This document shows positions 24,281-36,082 of a stretch of DNA of 58,000 bases, in pieces (position 1 is the stretch's first letter; each line of letters opens with the position of its first letter). Under the pieces are notes generated by a model. The model searched no databases. It saw nothing but the letters and a program-made list of their open reading frames with translations, and had not been told where the DNA came from. The position numbers and the translations under genes are program-made. Source of the stretch: Nemertoderma westbladi (Eukaryota > Animalia > Xenacoelomorpha); the NCBI GenBank assembly GCA_032718475.1, contig JAUCBJ010002235.1, positions 1 to 58,000 of the forward strand, read 5' to 3'.

Positions 24281-25088
24281 GCATTCCTACTCATGACAGC
24301 ATGAGCTACTGAACCACTTAAACAATGTTATACAAATAGATATAGTAAATACAAATGAGGACTTAATGTAATCTTTATAGCAAATTAATTCGAACAAAAT
24401 AAAATTTTGAAAATCCACGGCATTTATGAGAATATAATTCTATAGTTATGGCCTTCATTTTCTAATGTTCAATGTATCGTATATTACAATATTACTTTTA
24501 GTTTTATATTATATTGATTTGCACTATTAATGCTTCAGCTAAATGTAATAATGTAATGTAATAATAATATTAAAAAAATAAAAATTTTCTAAGAGAACAT
24601 TATTTGATTTTCATTAATTGCTCCATTGCCGTATCGCTTAGTTGCATTCCTACTCAATTGTGCATGTGCATCAGCTATCACTAACTCAATTTATTTACTT
24701 CAATATTTTGTATAATATTTTTGTTTGATCATTTTTCATTATTGCTTTACGGCCTCTGAATGCCATCACTTGCCTCCATGAGAATGTGCTGTTTCTTACC
24801 CATAAATCATAAATGTTAATTTGTGTAAATTTAATGCCCCACTTCGTGTTGTCTGAGACTGTGTCACCAGTACATTTCATTGACTGACTTCCGACGCCCT
24901 GGAGTGATCATTTATGTGATGCTAATTAACTGACCATGGGTTAATATTGAATTCAATCGATTAACTAATATATCGACAATTCAATCACAACTTCTTTTGT
25001 ACGATTGACTGATATATTTAGATTAGTCTTATAATAGATATATATATTTTTGTTTTGATCATTCCAAAGTATGTCCCAGGGTAGACAA

Positions 25089-25323
25089 CAATGTTGTTCC
25101 TGCGCTCCTGGTGGAACATGCAAAAACTGTCGTTGTTGAAGAATGGGACATTATGCACCAATTTTAACCCATATTCAATCGGGAGGTGCAAGGGACAAGG
25201 ACAGTCTACAAGGAAGATCGGTATCCAACCCGAATGTTAGCTGCTGTGGTTGTAAAGGAAAGACTGGCTGTTGTTCATGGTGCGTTTGTGTCCAATCTGG
25301 GTGAGAATGTTACAATTGTTTCC
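25089..25323 (+). pseudogene. Decayed double CXC (Cys-rich) domain fragment
   Basis: QCCSCAPGGTCKNCRC*RMG and CCGCKGKTGCCSWCVCVQSG*ECYNCF; both stops are TGA. Confidence 0.45.
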
Positions 25324-25479
25324 ATAGTTTCAATTTTACATTATTTATTGATTTCAAATTTTTAATTTGCACCTCCTTTACATGGGGCCCCAAAAAGTCG
25401 GGGGCCCCTAGGCTATAGCCTAGCTAGACTAGGCCATAATCCAGCCCTGGGCTGCTGGCAACATCTTTAGTGATATTAA

Positions 25480-26380
25480 TCCTGATGATAACTTGAATTG
25501 CAATTTGATTCTAGGGGATTACTTTAATGAAACAACATTTGATAACCAATTCTACGGAAATAACAGCAGATCGAATTTGTCATTAATGCGTTTAAATTGC
25601 AGGAGCTTAAACGCAAATATATGTGCAATAACAAATTTTTTGTAATCTATGAATGCCAAATTCGACATTCTGTCTTTTTCGGAAACGTTTTTAACTAAAG
25701 ATAGTGTATTAAATGAAGTTGCCATTCGTATATTTAAGGAACCTTATTGTGATTTTCGAAAATGGTGTACAAGAGACTAGCCAGAGGAGGCACGGCTATT
25801 TATGTGCGCTCCCACCTTAGAAACATCAATACGATCTGACCTCCGTTTCAACGGCCCTAAAAATTGCTGGATAGAAGTGGTGAGGCCTCACACTAATAAG
25901 CCATTATTAATTGGCCGTATTTATCGCTCATTCGATCTCATTACTCCTCATGAGAACACATTTACTTGTGAGAAAGGTGGAAGCTTGATAGACTTTCTAA
26001 TAGCCTCAGAAAAAATATCGAGTAATTGTGTTGAAATTTTCATTGATAAAAACTTTGAACTATTTGCTGGAACTCCAAATAGAGGACATTACCCCGTATA
26101 TTCAGTGTATAAAGACTTAAAGTCACGGGAGAATGACAATGATAAAAAAGTTATATACTGTATGAATTAATTGTCTCTCTGTCCGAGTTCGCTCGACTTA
26201 CGAGTATATGAATTAAAAGATACAGATTGTGCTTTCTGGTCACATTCATTAGAAAATACATTGAAAGAAACAAATGATACATGGACACTCCTTGAGGACC
26301 CTGCAGAACTATGGGAGTTTTTAAACGATAAAACAAAGGAAGGACTGTCAGCCACAGGTATGAAAAAATAGGAAAAAATC
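25480..26380 (+). pseudogene. Old LINE endonuclease fragment(s), mirrored at ~31400-32250
   Basis: DINPDDN, LNCRSL, SET, RGGTAIY, TFT..GGSLIDF and GHYPV motifs with stops. Confidence 0.7.
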
Positions 26381-28201
26381 ACCTATTATTTCATACCTGT
26401 GGCTGACAGTCCTTCCTTTGTTTTATCGTTTAATATTTTTACTCGCCACATTCCCCAACATGAATTTTAATATGGGAGTTTTTGTTGGGAGCTACTGTAT
26501 AAATCTATTATTATTATTATTATTATCTTTATTCCAGGCTTAATATAGCAGCCCATAAAAGTACCGGTAAATTTATATATCGAGTAAAGAAAGCACAGTG
26601 TCAAATAAAGTTAGCAATAAATAAGGATCGGTTATTAAAAGATTAAAGATTTACGTTAGAAAAAAGGGGCCCTGAGCAGGACAAAGAACAATAATATATA
26701 AAAATAGTACAATAAATAAATAATTATGTAAAATAGAATATAAGAGTTATAAACATTAAACAAAAAGAAAAGAAGAACAAAAGGACGTACGGCATTACAA
26801 TATTACGTTTGTGGCACAACATTAGCAATAAGCAACAAGTGACACACCAATGATACGACTCGTGGTACATACTAAGCCAACTGTTTGTAAAATTCGGTTT
26901 TCAGATGATCTCATGCGATGCAACTGGGACTCCAACGCACTGTGGCGGATATGAACCAGTTTTGGAAGATTTAGAGCTCCACACATGTAGGACACACTAC
27001 TGTCGTCCGAGAATCCAAATAACTTTCTAATTATATTGTTGTAACCCGTAATCGATTATACCTTGTAAGAGAATAATTTTGCCTTGCCCATAAAGAATTA
27101 CAGTATATCTGGGTGCAGAAAGAACGGAACAGTTTTATTTTAACAGTTTTCGAACAGAAACTAAACTCTCTTATATAAACTGGACAGCTGATTGAGTATG
27201 TCGTAACTATCGTCCGTGGTACAGTGAAATATGTGGCCTAAATATTTATACTTACTTACAGTTTCAATAGGTTTACCGTTAATGCTGAACATACTTACCA
27301 AGCTTGATTTACATGATTTAGGTGCGAAGTACATGTATTTGGATTTTTTGATATTGACTTCACTGGAATGTCTATTAGCGTAATATACAAATGTATCTGT
27401 AAGTTTATGGAGACCTGCTATGGAGTTAGACATTAAAGAAAGATCATCCTCGTATAAAAGATGGTTAATCCTATGATTATTTAATTGATATCCTACGTTT
27501 GTCAGTAAGTTTCTTGCTTAAGTCGTCAATATATACTGCATAGAAATAGTAACCCGATAATATTCCGCCTTGCTTTGTTCCATTGAAAGCAAACGTATAC
27601 AGGGCTGTCATTTTCTAAGTAAAACTGTAATATTTCCTTTAAAGCATAAATACATAACTCAGTGCCTAATTTTCCTTTGAAGCCGAATTGTGAGTCAGTA
27701 GTGTTGAGTTTACCACCAAAACGTTCAAGGTATATTAGTTCTAGAATTTTACCACTTATAGTTGCCAGTGCAATACCTCTGTAATTATCAAATATGGTGA
27801 TATCTTCGTTATTATCCTTCACAATGGGTAGAACGTTAAACGCATGAGATCGTCACACATATAACCATGGACATTAAAAGAACTAAAGGTTAATGCCAAA
27901 TGCGAGAATAAACAGGCCGTACCATTGGTGTAATGTTCGGTGGAAATACCGTCAGGACCAATTTTACCAGCAGACAATCTGGCAACTGCTACACCTATTT
28001 CTGTTTCAGTTACTATCATATCAGATCTATATACAATATTAGTAAACTGTGATTCTACGTTATTCTTGTGAGAATCGTCGTTTACTCGGTTATATGAATT
28101 GGAAAATTTTTCCATAAAGGTATTACAAATTTCGTTTTCACCAACAGCACCTCCCACCTTACTAGAGAGCGGTACATTGGAACCACAGTGTTTCCTAACA
28201 T

Positions 28202-31200
28202 GTGAGATGTTTCTATTTTGTCAATAAAGCGCTGTTTTGCATCATTATATTTTGACAGGTTGCAGGGATAAGATCGTAGACGATAGCTCTTCGGGCTGCC
28301 CTCAGCTCATTCGACAATTTTGATAGACCCTAATTCCAGAACGGTTTTGTGTGCTTCGATATTACCTTGGTATTCAAAACATTTTCATGACATAGATGCG
28401 TAGATAATGCAGATTTATATTTAGAATGCATTGGAAAACTAGGTGCAATTTTTGATGAAGCTAATACTTCCTTTTGTAAATAACTCGTTTATAACTTGTA
28501 ATAACGTTTGTAACTAATTAATAAAATTAATAGAATAGAATAATAATTATAATTAAATCTATAAAGTAAGATAAAATAAACATAAACCTAAATTAATTAA
28601 AACATCATCCGCCTGATCTGGCGTTGCTCTCAATCCCCCCCCCCCCCCCCCCCCCCCCCCCTACCCCTTAGGCGTAAGCCCCCCCCCCCCCCCCCCTCTC
28701 CAACATCAAGTTACTACAACAGTTATTGTCAAAACTAGCATCTGCTACTGACAATCTCTGTTGCTTCCATAAAAATTCTAGAACATAATTTCAAATTTTT
28801 GATATTCATCTGCAAGACTTATTTTTTCACACATTAAACTGTTATGTGCAAAATTTGATGTTTGGAAAATAAATATTATATATTGATTGATATATTGATT
28901 GATTTGTTTAGCTCTGGGAGATTTTAATGCTGACATTAATACTTATTTTTTTGATTACCTTAACAATTGGTGTATTATCTCTAATTGTGCAATACACGAT
29001 GTAGAATTACTACCCAATGATACCTTCACCTTTGTTAGTGCCTCACATGGGTCACACTCTTGGTTGGACCATTTGGTATGCACAAAGGTATCCATTTCAT
29101 TGGTATCTAATATTTCGGTAAATTTCGATTTAACTTTTTATGACCATATGCCAATTTGTGCTAATTTATTTATTCATGGTTTTAGTAAATCCGTCTACCA
29201 GCCAAAAGGCCATATAAATCATTCTAGTTCGGACACCAAAATATTAAACAGACCCAATTGGAGTAAAGCTTCCAACTCAAATATTTTAGAGTACCAAGCG
29301 GCACTTAATAGTTTATTATGTAAGATAAATGTCCCTAAGGATACATGTAGCTGTACAAATACGCAATGTGACAATAGTTTGCACAGGGATGCTTTAGACG
29401 CCTATTACAGTGACATTATTGGTGCTGTAAATCTGGCTGCTGCTAGGACTATCCCTAAACAAAGAAGTCCACATATACAGAATAATTTAAAAATAGTTCC
29501 CGGTTGGAATGATCTCATTAAGCACTTATACGGCCAGTCTAGGTTATTTTTTCGAATATGGCGTACCAATGGGTGTCCCCGAGCAGGTCCTATTTTTCGT
29601 GAATATATGTCTGCTAAACTAGAATTTAAACAGGCACTACGCCAATGTAAACGTAGTGAAAACGTAATCCGTTCAGATAAACTTGCAGAGTCACTGTATT
29701 CTCGCAATCAAAACGATTTCTGGGACAATGTTAGGAAACACTGTGGTTCCAATGTACCGCTCTCTAGTAAGGTGGGAGGTGCTGTTGGTGAAAACGAAAT
29801 TTGTAATACCTTTATGGAAAAATTTCCCAATTCATATAACCGAGTAAACGACGACTCTGACAAGAATAACGTAGAATCACAGTTTACTAATATTGTATAT
29901 AGATCTGACATGATAGTAATTGAAACAGAAATAGCTGTAGCAGTTGCCAGATTGTCTGCTTGTAAAATTGGTCCTGACGGTATTTCCACCGAACATTATA
30001 CCAATGGTACGGCCTGTTTATTCTCGCATTTGGCATTAACCTTTAGTTCTTTTAATGTCCATGGTTATATGTGTGACGATCTCATGCGTTGTAACATTCT
30101 ACCCATTGTGAAGGATAATAACGAAGATATCACCATATTTGATAATTACAGAGGTATTGCGCTGGCAACTAATAGAAGCCAACAATTCGGCTTCAAAGGA
30201 AAATTAGGCACTGAGTTATGTATTTATGCTTTAAAGGAAATATTACAGTTTTACTTAGAAAATGACAGCCCTGTATACGTTTGCTTTCAATGGAACAAAG
30301 CAAGGCGGAATATTATCGGGTTACTATTTCTATGCAGTATATATTGACGACTTAAGCAAGAAACTTACTGACAAACGTAGGATGTCAATTAAATAATCAT
30401 AGGATTAACCATCTTTTATACGAGGATGATCTTTCTTTAATGTCTAACTCCATAGCAGGTCTCCATAAACTTACAGATACATTTGTATATTACGCTAATA
30501 GACATTCCAGTGAAGTCAATATCAAAAAATCCAAATACATGTACTTCGCACCTAAATCATGTAAATCAAGCTTGGTAAGTATGTTCAGCATTAACGGTAA
30601 ACCTATTGAAACTGTAAGTAAGTATAAATATTTAGGCCACATATTTCACTGTACCACGGACGATAGTTACGACATACTCAATCAGCTGTCCAGTTTATAT
30701 AAGAGAGTTTAGTTTCTGTTCGAAAACTGTTAAAATAAAACTGTTCCGTTCTTTCTGCACCCAGATATACTGTAATTCTTTATGGGCAAGGCAAAATTAT
30801 TCTCTTACAAGGTATAATCGATTACGGGTTACAACAATATAATTAGAAAGTTATTTGGATTCTCGGACGACAGTAGTGTGTCCTATATGTGTGGAGCTCT
30901 AAATCTTACAAAACTGGTTCATATCCGCCACAGTGCGTTGGAGTCCCAGTTGCATCGCATGAGATCATCTGAAAACCGAATTTTACAAACAGTTGGCTTA
31001 GTATGTACCACGAGTCGTATCATTTGTGTGTCACTTGTTGCTTATTGCTAATGTTGTGCCACAAACGTAATATTGTAATGCCGTACGTCCTTATGTTCTT
31101 CTTTTCTTTTTGTTTAATGTTTATAACTCTTATATTCTATTTTACATAATTATTTATTTATTGTACTATTTTTATATATTATTGTTCTTTGTCCTGCTCA

Positions 31201-31367
31201 GGGCCCCTTTTTTCTAACGTAAATCTTTAATCTTTTAATAACCGATCCTTATTTATTGCTAACTTTATTTGACACTGTGCTTTCTTTACTCGATATATAA
31301 ATTTACCGGTACTTTTATGGGCTGCTATATTAAGCCTGGAATAAAGATAATAATAATAATAATAATA
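28202..31367 (+). mobile_element. Degenerate APE-type non-LTR retrotransposon (clade not assigned); its 3' part is mirrored at ~26507-28201
   Basis: EN motifs GDFNA, SWLDH and DHMPI; VPGWN; RT motifs GPDGI, NYRGIAL, QFGF, LLYEDD and YKYLG; AATAAA plus (TAA)n tail. The EN region is interrupted by a ~430-bp poly-C-containing insert (~28474-28900). Confidence 0.9.
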
Positions 31368-32688
31368 GATTTATACAGTAGCTCCCAACAAAAACTCCCA
31401 TAGTTCCGCAAGGTCCTCAAGGAGTGTCCATGTATCATTTGTTTCTTTCAATATATTTTCTAATGAATGTGACCAGAAAGCCCAATCTGTATCTTTTAAT
31501 TCATATACTCGTAAGTCGAGCGAACTCGGACAGAGAGACAATTAATTCATACAGTATATAACTTTTATATCATTGTCATTCTCCCGTCACTTTAAGTCTT
31601 TATACACTGAATATACGGGGTAATGTCTTCTATTTGGAGTTCCAGCAAATAGTTCAAAGTTTTTATCAATGGAAATGTCAACACAATTACTCGATATTTT
31701 TTCTGAGGCTATTAGAAAGTCTATCAAGCTTCCACCTTTCTCACAAGTAAATGTGTTCTCATGAGGAGTAATGAGATCGAATGAGCGATAAATACAGCCA
31801 ATTAATAATGGCTTATTAGTGTGACCTCACCACTTCTATCCAGCAATTTTTAGGGCCGTTGAAACGGAGGTCAGATCGTATTGATGTTTCTAAGTGGGAG
31901 CGCACATAAATAGCCGTGCCTCCTCTGGCTAGTCTCTTTTACACCATTTTCGAAAATCACAATAAAGTTCCTTAAATACACGAATTGCAACTTCATTTAA
32001 TACACTATCTTTAGTTAAAAACGTTTCCGAAAAAGACAGAATGTCGAATTTGGCATTCATAGATTACAAAAAATTTGTTATTGCACATATATTTGCGATT
32101 AAGCTCCTGCAATTTAAACGCATTAATGACAAATTCGATCTGCTGTTATTTCCGTAGAATTGGTTATCAAATGTTGTTTCATTAAAGTAATCCCCTAGAA
32201 TCAAATTGCAATTCAAGTTATCATCAGAATTAATATCACTAAAGATGTTGCCAGCAGCCCAGGGCTGGATTATGGCCTAGTGTAGCTAGGCTATAGCCTA
32301 GGGGCCCCCGACTTTTTGGGGCCCCAAAGCAAATTTAAAATTAGAAATCAATAAATAATGTAAAATTGAAACTATGGAAACAATTCTTTGACTGGAAAAC
32401 CATGAATTTTACCGGTTTAGGCCTTGTTCACACTCCTGAGTCAAAGTCAAAGTCAAAAAAAAAATAAATAAATATAGCTAGCAAGCAATAATAAATAATA
32501 ATACATTATATATGCCTAATATAATACATAGGGGCATTCTATGAAAAATTAAATTTCATGTGATGTGTTTTACATTTTGTCTTTTGACTTCGTCTTTGAC
32601 TCGGTAATGTGAAATGCGGCCTTACATGTAATTTGACAGAGGGGTCATCAATAATATTACTAAATTCACTGCCATTGAACTTCCGTTA

Positions 32689-33235
32689 TTGGTTATTGGT
32701 TATTCCAGGATTTGGAAGTCACCGAGAATTAATCGGAAACTTAAGGTCCGATTATTTAGAGCAGCAGTAGTTCCAGTACTCCTCTATGGGAGTCCATGCT
32801 GGGCTCTAACTGCTGAGGACACCAAATCTCTGGATGGCACATTCACAAGAATGCTACGCCTGGTTCATTGTGTCAAGTACAATGCACACATCTCCAACCA
32901 GACTCTATATAACATTGGAGGTGTCCCATTGGTTCCCCCAAGCTTGACACTAGAACAAAATCGCCTCCGCTTTGCAGGACATTGCTTTCGCCGTGAGGAC
33001 CAGCCAGTGCATAATCTTGTACTTTGGCAGCCTCATGGAGTGAATAAGCATGGTGGACAGCCCATGACTTTCTTGAGACGCATCTTAAAGAACACTGGCC
33101 TTGAAGATGCGGATGATCTAGCAAATGTCATGGGTGATAGGGAGTTGTGGCGGTGCAATTTTGTCGATAAGCCGGCACAGCATTCTTAAAAATGCAGCTG
33201 CAATGCAGCATGCCGATCCTAGTAGTATATAGTAG
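32689..33235 (+). mobile_element. RTE-clade LINE 3' fragment
   Basis: KLKVRLFRAAVVPVLLYGS..W, RMLR, LRFAGH..R and DRELWR; short TAG-repeat tail. Confidence 0.8.
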
Positions 33236-33632
33236 GGCCTATATTTCGATGCTAGTTTTAGCAGGTCTGGATAACTTTGCTCCCTTCCATATTTTGCCAG
33301 TGTGCCTTTAGGTTGATATTTATTATGATATCGAAAACATTTATTACATTTCTCAAATTTTAAGGCTATTATTACAGTTTTTCTGCAAACCCGCGGATGT
33401 GCATAAAATTCGGGGACTTATTGTATTTGGTTCAATGCATTCACCATAGCAGCAGTACGCCTTTTTGAGTGCTGGAGCATATTAGTGCATATTAGTATAA
33501 TATATCGTACCCTGAATATATATATAATTATTATATAGTCTAGTGTAGAACGAAAATAATAGACAGACCAAAATCAAGCAATAAAAATAATAATAATTAT
33601 TATTATTATTATTATATACAGTATATATTATA

Positions 33633-34545
33633 CACCATGACCCGTAATATAGTGTCATTTTCTGATGACACGGACCCCCCCTCCCCCCCCCCAGATTTTT
33701 CTATAAATCTGTATCAAATTGTTTGAAATTTGAAACACAATTAGTTCAACTCACCGTGGTTGTTACCATGAAGCCGGAATTTTCGATTTCGCCTTTAAAT
33801 TTTATTTATAAGCGTTTTAAAAAAGTGTCTTTTGCGAAATCGCACCCTCTGTATCATTGCCATTCTTCACTTTAGTCGTAATTGTTCACATCAATAGAAA
33901 GCTTGCGTTGCAAGGATTCCAAATATGTAACAATGTCTGAATTTCGTTGAGAAACAGCTGAGAAATAGGCATTCAAAGATTGCAAGAATTATTGTTCGCT
34001 GAAGGCCATTTATTCTATTTAATAAATACATAATATTCTTGAACGTGTTATTTATTTTATGAGTTGGTAGGCAACAGCGGAATGCCTATACAATATCTAT
34101 ATTGCCTAGCTAATCATACATAAACAAATTGTTCCAGAATATTGTGTATTTATTAAATAGAATAAATGGCCTGCAGTGAACAATAATTCTTGCAATCTTT
34201 GAACGCCTATTTCTCAGCTGTTTCTCAACGAAATTCAGACATTGTTACATATTTGGAATCCTTGCAATGCAAGCTTTCTATTGATGTGAAAAAAATTACG
34301 ACTAATCTGAAGAATGGCAATGATACAGAGGGTGCGATTTCGCAAAAGACAATTTTTTAAAACGCTTATAAATAAAATTTACAGGCGAAATCGAAAATTC
34401 CGGCTTCATGGTAACAACCTCGGTGAGTTGAACTAGTTGTGTTTCAAATTTCAAACAATATGATAAAGATTTGTAGACAAATTTGGGGGGGGGGGGGGGG
34501 GGGTCCGTGTCATCCGAAAATGACACTATATTACGGGTCATGGTG
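33633..34545. mobile_element. Foldback MITE with ~410-bp inverted arms and TA TSD (Tc1/mariner-like)
   Basis: TA|CACCATGACCCGTAATATAGTG ... CACTATATTACGGGTCATGGTG|TA; arms ~33633-34045 and ~34134-34545. Confidence 0.9.
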
Positions 34546-35147
34546 TATATAATAAGAATAAAATAATAGGAAGGCATATTTTATACAACCATGTTCAGCA
34601 TGATCCGGTCTCTTAAATATAATTTTGAGTTGAACGAATTATGTTTTTGGCAGACCAATATCAAGCAAGTAAAATAATTATTTGGAAACAGAGAAACAAC
34701 ATGTTCCTATCTGTTCAACCGTAAGTAGTCATCGTTTTATTTAAGCAGGGACACAAAGCGCAACCCTGTTTAAATACTGTAAGTAAAATTATCACATTGG
34801 TTACATTTTTGCATGTGTTTCGCCGGGACTTTTTTTTTTTGCTTTGCTTCGCCGGGATTTGGATCATCAGCTACACTAACCCGTGCAGGACACATGTTAA
34901 TCAAACTAACTACACCAAAAACCAGCTAAAAACACACACGTGTAATTTAAGTTAAGTCAGTGCTCACATTTTGAACAATATCTCGAGAAGTAATAACTCT
35001 AGCGTTGTGGGGCGAGACACGTATGGCGAGCCATCAGCGAACTGATATAATTATACTATGGCCGTTTTTCAAAAGTCTGTGTGTGTGTGTGTGACGTGTG
35101 TGTGTGTGTAGGTGAACTGGTTCAAACAGGGGACAATTGCATGAATA

Positions 35148-36082
35148 CACTCACTCCTTTAAACTCCCACAACCCTGCCCCACCCACTCCTTTAAACTCA
35201 GACGACCCTGCCCCACTCACTCCTTTAAACTCCGAAAACCCTGCCCCACCCACTCCTTACAACTCCGACAACCCTCCCCCACCCACTCCTTTAAACTCCG
35301 ACAACCCTGCCTCACTCACTCCTTTAAACTCAGACGACCCTGCCCCACTCACTCCTTTAAACTCCTATGACTCTGCCCCACCCACTCCTTCAACATCCGA
35401 CAACCCTGCCCCACTCACTCCTTTAAACTCCAATGACCCTGCCCCACCCACTCCTTCGACATCCGACAACCCTGTCCCACCCACTCCTTTGACCTCCGAC
35501 AACCCTGCCCCACTCACTCCTTTAAACTCCAATGACCCTGCCCCACCCACTCCTTCGACATCCGACAACCCTGTCCCACCCACTCCTTTGACCTCCGACA
35601 ACCCTGCCCCACTCACTCCTTTAAACTCCAATGACCATGCCCCACCCACTCCTTCAACATCCGACAACCCTGCCCCAATCACTTCTTAAAACTCCGACAA
35701 CCCTGCCCCACCCACTCCTTTAAACTCCGACAACCCTGCCTCATTCACTCCTTTAAATTCAGACGACCCTGCCCCACTCACTCCTTCAACATCCGACAAC
35801 CCTGCCCCAATCACTCCTTTAAACTCCAATGACCCTGCCCCACCCACTCCTTCAACATCCGACAACCCTGCCCCAATCACTTCTTAAAACTCCGACAACC
35901 CTGCCCCACCCACTCCTTTAACCTCCGACAACCCTGCCCCACCCACTCCTTCAACCTCGGACAACCCTGCCCCACTCACTCCTTTAAACTCCAATGACCC
36001 TGCCCCACCCACTCCTTCGACATCCGACAACACTGTCCCACTCACTACTTAAAACTCCGACAACCCTGCCCCACTCACTCCT
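35148..36082. repeat. 33-bp minisatellite (~28 units, ACTCCTTTAAACTCCGACAACCCTGCCCCACCC)
   Basis: Clear 33-bp periodicity; G-rich on the minus strand. Confidence 0.95.

Larger units (their letters stand above)
21436..24301. mobile_element. 2866-bp insertion into the tRNA-like A box of the E1 5' LTR; candidate non-autonomous Dada-like DNA transposon
   Basis: 7-bp TSD TGAGCTA (the A-box sequence TAGCTCA) at 21429-21435 and 24302-24308. No TIRs and no recognisable transposase. The insertion itself is certain; the class is inferred. Confidence 0.6.
4407..24444 (-). mobile_element. BEL/Pao LTR retrotransposon E1, near full length, with two nested insertions
   Basis: GTTAT 5-bp TSD at 4402-4406 and 24445-24449. 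Two LTR copies differ at about 20 positions by eye (~99% identical). Domain order gag-PR-RT-RH-IN with BEL-type motifs. Confidence 0.95.
19710..24444 (-). repeat. 5' LTR of E1, interrupted by a 2866-bp insertion
   Basis: Matches the 3' LTR up to TGAGCTA (21435) and resumes after a second TGAGCTA (24302-24308). Confidence 0.95.
25314..32385. repeat. Large inverted duplication: arms 25314-28201 and 29728-32385, with a ~1.5-kb spacer
   Basis: Identical 90-aa ORFs on opposite strands (27161-27433 and 30440-30712). Arms are reverse-complementary throughout, apart from a few indels. Confidence 0.97.

Noticed and set aside
35081-35880. Pro/Thr-rich 202-aa ORF and its antisense ORFs
   Set aside because: By-products of a 33-bp (multiple of 3) minisatellite, starting in a GT microsatellite.
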